Origin: a virus
IMG/VR virus record: IMGVR_UViG_3300006880_000001
Coordinates: 32,001 to 96,000 of that record
Reading direction: 5' to 3' (one strand)
Length of the DNA stretch: 64,000 nt
Made by a program: the position numbers and the translations under genes. Positions 46,015 through 55,670 of this stretch are shown piece after piece. Positions within the stretch are counted from its first letter, which is position 1. Each line of letters begins with the position of its first letter. Below the pieces are notes generated by a model. That model saw only the letters and a program-made list of their open reading frames with translations, had not been told where the DNA came from and made no database searches.

Positions 46015-46323
46015 GTGGCTAACGAGTTGAAATTATATAACATTGTGGTAGGATACGAATGTTGGGTCCTGGCCGCGTCGCAAGATGCCGCCTTCGAGGT
46101 GGCGGATGCCGTCTTGCAGGACGGGCAGGCGTCGATCGTCGACCGTGTCTGCTACGACGTCCGCAACGCCAAGGACATCCGTCCCAGTCTCGACGGTCAG
46201 CTTCCGTGGTATGACGAGGGGGAGGCAGAGCAGCTGGCGCAGCTGGGTGTCGACCTCGACCACGACGACATCAAGACGGCCTTCGCGAAGGTCGCCAAAC
46301 CGAATCGGGAGAAGCAGAGATGA
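46015..46323 (+). CDS. hypothetical protein
   Basis: GGAGG RBS at 46001. Confidence 0.55.
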   Translation: MANELKLYNIVVGYECWVLAASQDAAFEVADAVLQDGQASIVDRVCYDVRNAKDIRPSLDGQLPWYDEGEAEQLAQLGVDLDHDDIKTAFAKVAKPNREKQR

Positions 46324-47084
46324 GCAGGAAGAAGCACCCGCGTTCCGACGACCGGCTGCCCGCCCGCGAGCAGCTCGACCTGATGTCCGCGCCGGCGCAG
46401 CTACCATCGCCGGGCGAGGTCCTGGACGCTGCCTTCCCTCACCTCACCGCAGCGGGGCCGGCGGTCGAGGTCGAAGTCGAGGACGTCGTCTACGCTGATC
46501 CAGTGCAGCCGCACGCCCCAGCGACGATGATGATCCTCGGCCCCGACGGCAACCCACAGGAGATCGCCTACACCAACATCGACCCAGCCACGGCGGCCGT
46601 GGCGAACTTCACGGCGGCGGGGGTGGGCTACACCCCGACCGAGGTCAAGCCACAAACCTTCGAGGCGGTGCTCGCGTTCGGAGACATCCCCGACGCGCCG
46701 CGCACCGAGGCGGACGAGCTCCGTCTGCAGATCGCGCGGCTCGAGGCCAAGATCGCCGGCCACGAGCTCCTCGAGCAAGAGTCGCGCCGCCTTCGCGACA
46801 TGATCCGCGAACTTCAAGAACGCGACATCGCCACGACCAAGGCCAGCTTCGATCGCGAGAAGCGCCTCCTCGACCTCGAGATGCATCGAGCGACCCTCGA
46901 AGACGCCCGTATCTGGCAGATCATGCCGAGCCGAAGCGCGACCCAGAACGGTTGTCCGCCGAAGATCTACGTCGTGGCGCGCCACCCCGGCGAGGCGGTC
47001 CAGAAGGCACTCGACGCCAAGCACGTCTTCAACGCCGCGGACGTCGAGAACGTCACCGTCCTGGGCGGGCCCGCAGTCGTCTGA
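46320..47084 (+). CDS. hypothetical coiled-coil protein
   Basis: ATGA overlap; 254 aa. Confidence 0.65.
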   Translation: MSRKKHPRSDDRLPAREQLDLMSAPAQLPSPGEVLDAAFPHLTAAGPAVEVEVEDVVYADPVQPHAPATMMILGPDGNPQEIAYTNIDPATAAVANFTAAGVGYTPTEVKPQTFEAVLAFGDIPDAPRTEADELRLQIARLEAKIAGHELLEQESRRLRDMIRELQERDIATTKASFDREKRLLDLEMHRATLEDARIWQIMPSRSATQNGCPPKIYVVARHPGEAVQKALDAKHVFNAADVENVTVLGGPAVV

Positions 47085-47231
47085 CCCCCTTCACGGGGAG
47101 GTAGCTCAGAGAGCCGTCATCGTGGCCGTGCGTACGACGCGCAAACACACGGCGTCCTGGAGCACCAGCTTGCTAAGCTGACCGACGGCGGGTCCCAACA
47201 GGCCGCCCCTCCCCTCCTTTCGAGGTCGCTA

Positions 47232-47570
47232 ATGGACAAGGTGAAGCAAGCCCTCGCGGGCTTCGAGTGGTCCCGTCCTGGCCGTCGCGCAGCGGCGCTC
47301 TCGGCGCTGTGGATCGCAGCCACGGGTCGATCGGCGGACGCCAAGGGCATCGGCTGCAGCGAGGAGGCCCTGGCCGTCTACCGGTTGGTGCCTTCGGAGC
47401 AACGCGCGGCGACCCGAACTGCCATCGATCGCGCGATCGACTGTGAACCCCACCGCGAGACCCGCGAGACGATGATCCGCATGCGGGACGCCCTCCTCCT
47501 ACTCGAGGAGCGTGCGGTCGCGCCGGTCCGTCGGCGCCTACCGGATCGCCGCCGTCGCGAGCTCCGCTGA
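47232..47570 (+). CDS. hypothetical protein
   Basis: GAGG RBS; 112 aa. Confidence 0.55.
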   Translation: MDKVKQALAGFEWSRPGRRAAALSALWIAATGRSADAKGIGCSEEALAVYRLVPSEQRAATRTAIDRAIDCEPHRETRETMIRMRDALLLLEERAVAPVRRRLPDRRRRELR

Positions 47571-48653
47571 GCGGAGCCGGTCCGCGATCGGGCGGAGGAC
47601 CGCGTCGTCCTCACTGAACGGGAGGGCGTCGAGGGGTACGTACCGCGGTGGGCCGATCCGCGTCAGGAAGTCGAAGAAGTCGTTGGTCGCCGCTGCCTGC
47701 TCCTCGTGTGGATGCGGCGTCGCGTGCTTCGGCCCCTGGAAGGTGTACGAGTATGGCGGCTGGCCGGCGAAGAACATGTCGATCGGCACACAGAGGTCGT
47801 TTTCCTCCGCGACCGTCACGTTGTTCGTGTTGCCGAACTCGACGGCGACCGGCAGCCCCAGATGATACCCCCACCAATAGATGTACAGACTGCACTGCGC
47901 CGCGCAGACCTGGATGAACGACGGGTTCACGGCCGGACCCCAGCGCCGTGAGGGTAGGGTCCGTGCGGCCTGGCGTGCCCGCTCGACGGCATCCACCATC
48001 TGCTGCGGAACGAGACGGATGTCGCGGTAGATCTCGAGGTGGCGGCGCTCGCTCTTGACCGCGTGCTGCTCCTGCACGCGCTCCATCCGACGCTCCTTCG
48101 CCGCCTGCGCCCGCTCCGCCGCGGCGCGGAGCTTGATCTCCGCCTCGATCTGCACGCGTTCCAGCCGGCGCTCGTGGGCCGCCTGAGCCCTCTCGGTTGC
48201 GGTCCGCAACCTGAGCTCCGCCTCCGCCTCCATGCGCTTGATGCGGAGCTCCTCGCGGAGGAGGATGACCGCTTTCTGCGCCTCGACCTTGTCGATCGGA
48301 GGCGCCGCCACCGCTGCTTTCCTCCCCGCGCGTTGCTTCGCGAGGTGCGGGTTGGGGGCCGGCGGCACGATCCCGTTGTCGCGGTACCAGACGACCCGCG
48401 TGATGGCTGCGGCCTCCGCTGTGGTCTGGTCGGGGAGCCACTTCCGCACACCCGGAGATGGGCGCACGCACGCGCGGAAGCCCTGGCGGCGTTGGTACAC
48501 GTCTCGGTACCCGGTCGGGGACCCCGGGTCCCGTTCTGGGACCGGGATCTGGTCCCACGCGAGTAGCCCTCCGGTGCGTGTTCCTCGGGTCTGATCCAGC
48601 ATAGGATCAGCGTTGTGGTCGGATCCGTGATCACGGTCCTTGGTCGACATCAT
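47538..48653 (-). CDS. AP2-like DNA-binding domain + coiled-coil protein
   Basis: TGYRDVY....FRACVR.....KWL.....EAAAI.R. Confidence 0.6.
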   Translation of the reverse strand: MMSTKDRDHGSDHNADPMLDQTRGTRTGGLLAWDQIPVPERDPGSPTGYRDVYQRRQGFRACVRPSPGVRKWLPDQTTAEAAAITRVVWYRDNGIVPPAPNPHLAKQRAGRKAAVAAPPIDKVEAQKAVILLREELRIKRMEAEAELRLRTATERAQAAHERRLERVQIEAEIKLRAAAERAQAAKERRMERVQEQHAVKSERRHLEIYRDIRLVPQQMVDAVERARQAARTLPSRRWGPAVNPSFIQVCAAQCSLYIYWWGYHLGLPVAVEFGNTNNVTVAEENDLCVPIDMFFAGQPPYSYTFQGPKHATPHPHEEQAAATNDFFDFLTRIGPPRYVPLDALPFSEDDAVLRPIADRLRSAELATAAIR

Positions 48654-48852
48654 CTCCCCTCTGTTGGTAGTACCACGCGGCGCGTGCAATGGCCGCGAGG
48701 TCCGCGTCATCCTCGTCGGGGAGCCACATGCGGCGCCCCTCCGGCGTGCGGACGCTCGCCCGGAACTTGGCTCCGTGTCGGTGGACGTCCCGGTACCCGG
48801 ACGGCATCTCCGGGTCATGTTCCAGATCCCATGGCGGCAGCGGCCGTAGCAT
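48631..48852 (-). CDS. stand-alone AP2-like domain protein
   Basis: SGYRDVHRHGAKFRASVR..GRRMWL...DLAAIAR; class A motif at 48876-48880. Confidence 0.65.
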   Translation of the reverse strand: MLRPLPPWDLEHDPEMPSGYRDVHRHGAKFRASVRTPEGRRMWLPDEDDADLAAIARAAWYYQQRGDDVDQGP

Positions 48853-49207
48853 CTGGATCAACCTACCACAGGGGGGTGACCGTCCGGCGGAGCAGCCTCC
48901 GGCCTCCAACGACCCTCTTCCTCTCCGTCTTTCTACTGTATCTACTATTACTTCTACTAGTAGGTAATGTAAGATCACTACAGAGACAAGTAGACGAAGG
49001 ATCCGGCAAGAGTCCTACGGCCCCAAAACCAAAAACCAGCAGAACCGGAGACGGAACCTGAGGCCGATCCCAAGAACGAGAATGGGATCCCCCAAAGAAT
49101 CAGGCCGGCTCCCGGCCGTTTTGCGGTTTCACCCTGCGGGCTACAATGGGAGGTGACCGCGTCGTCTACCAGATGGGACTGGCGTCACAGCGACGCCGCC
49201 TAACCCA

Positions 49208-50068
49208 TCATCGCCTCGTGCGACGTCCTGGGATCGACCTCCGCCGCCACCAGACAGCGGCGGCTGGCAGCCCCAGCGCCGCAACCGCGGCCCAGATGAC
49301 CCCCTCCGCGCGCCACCACGGCGCCGAGGGAGGCGCCGGCGCGCCTGCGCGCTGCGCGGCGGCGGCTGCCGCCTGCGCGGCCTGGGTGGCCGTCAGGAGC
49401 TCGGCGGCGACCTGCGCCGACGCGACCCCGCCTCCGAGGCTTGCCACCGCCGCCTTCGCGGACGCCAGCGCCACCACCGCGCGCTGGCGCTCCAGCGTCG
49501 TGGGCGCGACGCCGTACCAGGCCACCTGAGGGAGCCACTCCTCGAAGACGCGCAACGCCTCGAGCAGGTAGTCCCGGTCGAGCAGCAACCACGGGGCTGC
49601 CTTCGGCTTGTCGGCGAACGAGGCGATTGCGTTCAGCGCGTCCACGACCTCCACCGGAGCCGGTCCCTTGGTCGGCCGGGCGGTGCGACCGGCGTACGAC
49701 TCGGCCACCACGACGCGGTAGACGCGGCCGGCGATGACGTCGGCGAGAGCGCGGGTGATGCTGAGGTAGTGGTTGCCGGGAAAGGTGAGGTCTGGAGATC
49801 CGCGGCGGACGACGAGGGCGACCCAGGCGCGGCGCTCTTCGCTGAACCGGATGCCGAGGGGGACCGCACCGGAGCTGAGGACGCCTCCGTACCAGAGTGG
49901 GTCGTTGGCGGTCGGGCCGCCTGCGGCGACCACACGGCTGACGATAGCACGGTCGTCGTTCGAGGTGTTGTAATAGCGGTCGCGGTACTTCGACCAACTC
50001 GGGTCCCGACCCTGATAGAGCCGCTGCAGCCACGTGAGGTCGGCGTAGAAGCCGCTGTAGATCGCCAT
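49208..50068 (-). CDS. membrane-anchored protein
   Basis: 286 aa, PWW + TM + WWRRR. Confidence 0.7.
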   Translation of the reverse strand: MAIYSGFYADLTWLQRLYQGRDPSWSKYRDRYYNTSNDDRAIVSRVVAAGGPTANDPLWYGGVLSSGAVPLGIRFSEERRAWVALVVRRGSPDLTFPGNHYLSITRALADVIAGRVYRVVVAESYAGRTARPTKGPAPVEVVDALNAIASFADKPKAAPWLLLDRDYLLEALRVFEEWLPQVAWYGVAPTTLERQRAVVALASAKAAVASLGGGVASAQVAAELLTATQAAQAAAAAAQRAGAPAPPSAPWWRAEGVIWAAVAALGLPAAAVWWRRRSIPGRRTRR

Positions 50069-50173
50069 GCCCCGATTCTGTCACCCCGTGGTGCTAGAAG
50101 GGAACGCTGATGATCGACGACGCCAAGTAGACCTTGCCCACGAGTAGGAACTCGTGATAGCCATGAGGCCGAT

Positions 50174-52054
50174 ATGACCACTGCCCGCGAGAACCTCGGT
50201 CCCGCCGAGACCATCATTCAGGCACTACTCGCGTACACGGACCACCTGGTGCACAACCGCCCCGGCATCGTCACGCCGGATCGGACGGTGACCATTGGCC
50301 TTCGCTGGGAACCCGTGACCCACAAGGTGGAGCAGGACCAGAAGGTCGTCTACCGGCTGACCAAGGTCGGCAAGAAGACGCAGCGGGTCCGCGTTGGGGC
50401 CCTGCGGCCCGACAAGAAGGTGGTCGAGGCCGGGCGGGAGGTTGCCGAGTACCGTGACAGCGGCCTCTTCCCCGAGGTGGCGACCTGGTTCTACCAGCAG
50501 GTCGCCAATGTCTGGCGCCTCGACAACGAGTTCGCCGCGCGGTGGGCGTCGTACGCCTACGGCCAGGAGCACCGTGACCTGAAGTGCGTCCTCGCGGCTT
50601 TCATGCTCGTCCAGACCCGCAAGGGCGACCCGATCGTCGAAGGTGGAGAGGTCCTCTTCCACGACGAAGACTTCCGCGACGTCGGCGAGGCCATGATGCT
50701 CCTCCACAAGAAGGGGGACGACAAGGGCCTGAACCCGAAGCTGCTACTCCGGATCTACGACATCCTGACGCTGCCGGCGGTCGCGGCCATCAACCACGAC
50801 CTCGGCTTCGGGCAGTCGACGCGTCATCCATTCCTCGGCCGCTGGCCGCGGGTGGTGGAGAAGTGGCTCCGCCACCGCGAGGAGAACCCGAAGTTGCTCG
50901 AGGGTCTCATCAAGGCCGGGTTCCGCACGGCGGTCATGGAGCTCGCGCGGCGCGTCGGCTACAAGCCGACCTCCACCCGCTTCTTCGAAGTCCTGCGCTG
51001 GAAGCAGGTCCAGGCCGACGACGGTCGGCGGGAGCTCGCCATCGGGCAGGCTACCGCGGCCGCGGAGAGCTGGGCAGGCCTCTCCGAGGAGCAGATCTGC
51101 CAGGCGATCGTCGCCGCCCGCTACGACTGGAAGCGGATCGTCAGCCTCCTGCCGAAGACCGTCGGCGTCACGCGTGCGGTGATCGCCGCGGCGATGGAGT
51201 CCGGCGGCCTCTCGAACAAGGATCTCGTCATCCTGACGCCCACGCTCGAAGAGCTCGGCCTGCTCGACGTCGGATCGATCAAGGATCGCTGGTCCGCTGC
51301 GCTCAAGGCGGCTGACGACATGCGCGCCAGCAACGTCGCCCGCAACGTTCGCAACAAGGAGACCAAGGAGAAGCTCGAGGAGGCCGCCGACGGCGCGCTG
51401 CAGAAGCAGGTCGAGGCGGTGACCCGCCAGCTGCGGGTCTACTTCATGGTCGACATCTCGGGATCCATGGAGAGCAGCATCGCCACGGCCAAGGAGTACC
51501 TCGCCAAGTTCATCCAGGGATTCCCGTCGGACCAGGTCCACGTCGCGGTCTTCAACACCCAGGGCAAGGAGGTCGCCATCAAGCACCGTTCGGCCGCGGG
51601 GGTCGAGAATGCCTTCCGTGGCTACGTCGCCGGCGGTGGCACCGACTACGGCGCCGGCGTCCGCGCGCTACGTGACCGCAAGCCCAAGGCGGACGAGGAC
51701 GTCCTCTTCATCTTCGTCGGCGACGAGGAGGCTGAGCCCTTCGCCTCGTCCGTGACGCTGTCGGGTCTCAACCCCATGGCCTTCGGCCTGCTCAAGGTTC
51801 GCCCGACGGGGGCCGGGTTCCGGGGGGTCCAGGATCACAACGCCGCCGTGCGCGAGACGGCGCGGCAGCTCAAGATTCCGTGTTTCCCGATCGAGGAGGC
51901 GATCTTCGCCGACCCCTACGCGATTCCGCGCACCATCCGCGCGCTGATCGCGGCGACGCCGATCACGCAGACGACGACGACGGTCACGCCGCGCAAGACC
52001 CTGATCGACCAGATCCTCAAGACCGAGCTCCTGACGAAGCCGACCTGGGCCTGA
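50174..52054 (+). CDS. vWA-domain protein with large helical N-terminus (TROVE/Ro60-like architecture)
   Basis: MIDAS DISGS, GGTD, FVGDE at C-terminus. Confidence 0.8.
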   Translation: MTTARENLGPAETIIQALLAYTDHLVHNRPGIVTPDRTVTIGLRWEPVTHKVEQDQKVVYRLTKVGKKTQRVRVGALRPDKKVVEAGREVAEYRDSGLFPEVATWFYQQVANVWRLDNEFAARWASYAYGQEHRDLKCVLAAFMLVQTRKGDPIVEGGEVLFHDEDFRDVGEAMMLLHKKGDDKGLNPKLLLRIYDILTLPAVAAINHDLGFGQSTRHPFLGRWPRVVEKWLRHREENPKLLEGLIKAGFRTAVMELARRVGYKPTSTRFFEVLRWKQVQADDGRRELAIGQATAAAESWAGLSEEQICQAIVAARYDWKRIVSLLPKTVGVTRAVIAAAMESGGLSNKDLVILTPTLEELGLLDVGSIKDRWSAALKAADDMRASNVARNVRNKETKEKLEEAADGALQKQVEAVTRQLRVYFMVDISGSMESSIATAKEYLAKFIQGFPSDQVHVAVFNTQGKEVAIKHRSAAGVENAFRGYVAGGGTDYGAGVRALRDRKPKADEDVLFIFVGDEEAEPFASSVTLSGLNPMAFGLLKVRPTGAGFRGVQDHNAAVRETARQLKIPCFPIEEAIFADPYAIPRTIRALIAATPITQTTTTVTPRKTLIDQILKTELLTKPTWA

Positions 52055-52063
52055 GGGGGCATC

Positions 52064-52435
52064 ATGGCGAACCCCGTCGAGATCCCCGTCCTCGAGATGC
52101 TCGAGGCCTACCGCAAGCTGGAAGATGCCCTCGCAGCCGTCTTCGGCTTCGATCCCTGTGCGTACGCCGGATTCGGCGACTGCACAGACATGTGGTGGGT
52201 GTCGGATGGCCGGAAGGTGTGGTCGAGCGATCAACAGCTCACCGAGGAGGTGATCACGGCTGGGCGCCACCTCTATTCCCACGTGATCAAGGAGACGCGA
52301 CGCTGCGGTTCCTACGTCGCGTTCCAATTCGAGACGGACACCGACTCGGAGATCGTAGATCTCGTTCACGTGTTCACCACCGATCTCCAGATCCATGACG
52401 AGGGACTCCTCGAGATCGCCCAGGAGACCTGGTGA
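52064..52435 (+). CDS. hypothetical protein
   Basis: 123-aa ORF inside operon. Confidence 0.65.
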   Translation: MANPVEIPVLEMLEAYRKLEDALAAVFGFDPCAYAGFGDCTDMWWVSDGRKVWSSDQQLTEEVITAGRHLYSHVIKETRRCGSYVAFQFETDTDSEIVDLVHVFTTDLQIHDEGLLEIAQETW

Positions 52436-53382
52436 GCTGGCGAGATCTCCTCGGATCGTCTGACCAGACGATCACGTTGCCGTGGGTGGGTGGAGCGACC
52501 CTGCACGGACCGCGGTCTTGGTGGACCATCACCTACGAGGCGATGCGGTTCCTACGAGGCCACGATCACGGCTGGTACACCTTCCGCATCGATCGCCGCT
52601 GCGTCACCGATCCGCAGCCGGCGGAGCCCGATCCGACGGCCCTCCACTTCGACGCCCACGGGTACCTCGTCGGGGACCGCCTCGCGCGCTGGGACATCCG
52701 GCCTCGCGCAACTGAGCCTGCCGCCATCATCAGCTACACGGAGCCCGTCTTCCTCATCGACCCGGGCCTCGACCGGTTCGTACGCGTCAGCGCGGGCCGC
52801 GTCTACGAGCGCGGTCCCCTCATCTACCGCCAGCAAGAGATGCCGGTCGGGCCGGAGCAGGAGGTCCTCACGGCCTTCCTCGATCGGGCAGAGAACGTCG
52901 ACGCGGTCAGCGGTGTGTCGCCGGCGCTCGAGGCGGCCTTCCGAATGGAGACCCACCAGCGCGCGGAGGCGGAGCGACGTCGAGAGGAGCTCCGCCAAGA
53001 AGCGGCCCGCCTCGAGACGGAGCGTCAGGAGGCGGAACGTCGCCAGCAGATCGTCCAGCAGCTCGGCGACGGAGCGGGCCGACGCGCGGTCGCCCGGACC
53101 GACTTCGGCGACGCCGCGCGAGCGGCCCTCGCCATCGTGGACGCCGAGCTCATCGACCACCGTCGAGGACAGCGCGGAGAGTACGTCGTCCGCTACCGGA
53201 TCGAGAACCGACGCTTCGAATGCGTCTGTGACGAACAGCTCCGGATCATCGACAGTGGTATCTGCCTCGCTGACCACGCGACCGGCGAGAAGGGCGATAC
53301 ACGCTTCACGCTCGAGTCCCTCCCGACGGTCATTCGCCAAGCCATCCGCGAGAACCGCCTCGTCGTCTACCGACACGTCTGA
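52432..53382 (+). CDS. putative E2-like conjugating protein
   Basis: C-terminal IIDSGICL resembling the E2 GxICL catalytic Cys; operon context. Confidence 0.5.
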   Translation: MSWRDLLGSSDQTITLPWVGGATLHGPRSWWTITYEAMRFLRGHDHGWYTFRIDRRCVTDPQPAEPDPTALHFDAHGYLVGDRLARWDIRPRATEPAAIISYTEPVFLIDPGLDRFVRVSAGRVYERGPLIYRQQEMPVGPEQEVLTAFLDRAENVDAVSGVSPALEAAFRMETHQRAEAERRREELRQEAARLETERQEAERRQQIVQQLGDGAGRRAVARTDFGDAARAALAIVDAELIDHRRGQRGEYVVRYRIENRRFECVCDEQLRIIDSGICLADHATGEKGDTRFTLESLPTVIRQAIRENRLVVYRHV

Positions 53383-53396
53383 AGAGGAGCAGGGAC

Positions 53397-53750
53397 ATGG
53401 ACATGAAGCTACCCCTCGTATCGCCAACGAACTCCGATCAGGATGTGGTGTTCGTATCCAACCTCGTCATCGGCCCCGGTGTGGTCCTGGAGGTGCAACG
53501 GACGGCTCCTGCCAAGGCAGGCAGAGTTGTCCAGGTGTGCATCCACGGTTGCATCGTCGACGGACGTCCGTCGCAGCACAGCGATGCCCCGCTCATCACA
53601 CTCGTCGATGCTGACGATCGGATGGTCCTCGTCATCAAGGACGCGATCATCACACGCCAAGGACCTGATCTGGCGTCCCCGATCCCCGCCGAAGTGCCGG
53701 TGGTCGAGTGGACCTCGCTGCCGCCCGAACCGCCCGAGCCCAAGGAGTGA
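53397..53750 (+). CDS. hypothetical protein
   Basis: GGAG RBS; 117 aa. Confidence 0.55.
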   Translation: MDMKLPLVSPTNSDQDVVFVSNLVIGPGVVLEVQRTAPAKAGRVVQVCIHGCIVDGRPSQHSDAPLITLVDADDRMVLVIKDAIITRQGPDLASPIPAEVPVVEWTSLPPEPPEPKE

Positions 53751-53755
53751 CCGTG

Positions 53756-54190
53756 ATGGAAACCGGCGTCCTCATCGCCAGGGGCATGGCCCCCCTCTAC
53801 TGGCACTTGCCGGAAGGGCGAACCTCCGGTAGCTTGCCCGACTCGCGCGTGCTGTGGGACACCATCTGGCTCCACCGCCACGACCTGGAGGGCTTCGCGC
53901 ATACCCACCCCGGCGGCGGCCAGCCGTGGCCGTCGACCGAAGACATCACCACCTTCTTCGCCATCGAGCTCGCGCTCGGGCGCAAGCTGACCTGGTGGAT
54001 CAGCAACCAGGAGCGGACCGTCGTCGTCGTCACCACCGACGACTACGAATTCGACCACGGCGACACGCGGGTCACGAAGTCCGGCGAGGTCATCGAAGGT
54101 CAGAAGTCCCGCCGTCAATCGTATCGCGTCTTCCCGATCCCCGACGAACCGTCCTGGGTCGCCGAACTTCGCCATCAATCCAACCTCTGA
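53756..54190 (+). CDS. JAB/MPN+ metallopeptidase
   Basis: N-terminal ETG and HTHP...PSTED (HxH-x7-S-x2-D). Confidence 0.9.
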   Translation: METGVLIARGMAPLYWHLPEGRTSGSLPDSRVLWDTIWLHRHDLEGFAHTHPGGGQPWPSTEDITTFFAIELALGRKLTWWISNQERTVVVVTTDDYEFDHGDTRVTKSGEVIEGQKSRRQSYRVFPIPDEPSWVAELRHQSNL

Positions 54191-54199
54191 AGGAGCACC

Positions 54200-54496
54200 A
54201 TGAACGAACTGATCCATGTCGAGGGCCGCCGCGAGCTGGTGCGCGACGACGAAGCCCGCGTCAACATCACCTACAAGGGCGAGAACGGGGACCTACCGGA
54301 CACCATCACCTTCGATGCCACCGACGCTGACGTCAAGACGTGGGTCACGGAGGCAGTCCGGGGCGGGCACGTTCCGGGCATCGCCGCCGACCCCGGCGCG
54401 AACTTCCGCGACTTCGTCGTCGATCGCTTCACGCCCACCGACGCGCGGCCGTTCAACCTCATCTCGATCCGCCCGAAGACGCCGTTCGGCCGATGA
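54200..54496 (+). CDS. ubiquitin-like (beta-grasp) modifier, C-terminus ...RPKTPFG-R
   Basis: 98 aa between JAB and E1; penultimate Gly. Confidence 0.65.
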   Translation: MNELIHVEGRRELVRDDEARVNITYKGENGDLPDTITFDATDADVKTWVTEAVRGGHVPGIAADPGANFRDFVVDRFTPTDARPFNLISIRPKTPFGR

Positions 54497-54849
54497 TGAA
54501 CGTCGTCAAGCGATGCCCGGGGTGTGGCGCTACGTGGGTTACGCCCCCGGGATCGATCATCAAATGCCGGAACTGTGGGACGACCTGCGCCGGCACGACG
54601 TCCGTCGCGTTTACCACTGACGCCCCCACGGTACAGACGGCGGACGGTGATGAGACCGCAACAGCGCTCCAACTGGCCGACGCCAAGGTCACGGAGGCCA
54701 GGGATGCGCTGCAGGCTCTCGTCAAGGCGAACCCTGCCCTCGTCCATCCTCAGTGCCGCACGTGGCAATGTCGTCGGTGTCGGCTACGCAACACGATCGA
54801 GATGCTCGAGTGCTGGGAGCCACTTTCACAGGAGGCGAAGAAGTCATGA
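54493..54849 (+). CDS. zinc-ribbon protein
   Basis: CPGC...CRNC and C-x4-CRRC. Confidence 0.6.
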   Translation: MMNVVKRCPGCGATWVTPPGSIIKCRNCGTTCAGTTSVAFTTDAPTVQTADGDETATALQLADAKVTEARDALQALVKANPALVHPQCRTWQCRRCRLRNTIEMLECWEPLSQEAKKS

Positions 54850-55439
54850 CCACCGTAGCGGGTGAGCAGCGGATCGTCATTGCGGGCATCGGAGCGTTGG
54901 GGTCGCATCTCGTGCCCCTGCTGAGGAATCTCCCCGCCGACCTTGTCGTGGTCGACTTCGACCGCGTCGAGAAGAAGAACGTGGCCTCGCAGTTCTACGG
55001 CACCTCCACCGTGGGCCAAACGAAGGTGGAGGCCCTGAAGCGCCTCATGCTGTTCCTCTACGCCGCGCCCGTGCAGGCGAAGGGGTATCGGATCTCCGAG
55101 GCGAACGTCGATGTGCTTCTGGCCGGCGCGACGCTGGTCGTGGATTGCCTCGACAACGGTGATGCGCGTCGACTCGTCCAAGGCTTCGTGCGCCGGCACA
55201 AGGTACCGTGCGTGCACGGCGCCCTCGCCGCCGATGGCAGCTTCGCCCGCGTGATGTGGGACGAGGCGTTTGTCATCGACAACGAGGACGTCGTCGGTCA
55301 GCCGACCTGCGACGGCGGCGAGCACCTGCCGTTCATCGCCGCCACGGCGGCGTGGCTCGCGCAGGCGGTGCAGACGTTCTGCCGGAGCGGAAAACAGTTC
55401 AACTACTATGTTTCTCCGGCGAACGTCATCTTGCTCTGA
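54846..55439 (+). CDS. E1/ThiF-family adenylating enzyme
   Basis: GIGALGS, DFDRVE.KN..SQ, K.EAL, VVDCLDN..AR, PTC. Confidence 0.92.
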   Translation: MTTVAGEQRIVIAGIGALGSHLVPLLRNLPADLVVVDFDRVEKKNVASQFYGTSTVGQTKVEALKRLMLFLYAAPVQAKGYRISEANVDVLLAGATLVVDCLDNGDARRLVQGFVRRHKVPCVHGALAADGSFARVMWDEAFVIDNEDVVGQPTCDGGEHLPFIAATAAWLAQAVQTFCRSGKQFNYYVSPANVILL

Positions 55440-55447
55440 TCTCGTCC

Positions 55448-55476
55448 TTGACAGGACGGCCACGAGTAGCTAGGTT
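55448..55476 (+). promoter_or_regulatory. sigma70-type promoter of tRNA-like locus
   Basis: TTGACA-N17-TAGGTT. Confidence 0.8.
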
Positions 55477-55509
55477 GCTTCTCGGACGCGACGAGAAACG
55501 GCCCATCAC

Positions 55510-55640
55510 GGAAGGGTAAGGGGACCGGGTCCCCGCCAACTGCTAAATTGGTCCACCCCGACAACGCCTCTCGCTGGCCTCGGCTAGCACACGGCAGCTG
55601 TCTACAAGAACGGTCGGTTCGACTCCGACACCCTTCCCCA
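55510..55640 (+). ncRNA. tRNA-like RNA with large variable-arm insert; G-1:C73, 8-nt anticodon loop CTGCTAAA
   Basis: GGAAGGGT/ACCCTTCC + CCA; D stem GGGGAC/GTCCCC; GCCAA/TTGGT; T arm GTCGG-TTCGACT-CCGAC. Confidence 0.75.
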
Positions 55641-55670
55641 CTTCGCTGACAACTGAATAATGACCATTTC

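Noticed and set aside
53756-55439. Thiamine/molybdopterin sulfur-carrier operon
   Set aside because: No ThiG, MoaE or cysteine synthase; small protein does not end GG; E2-like and vWA neighbours fit conjugation better.
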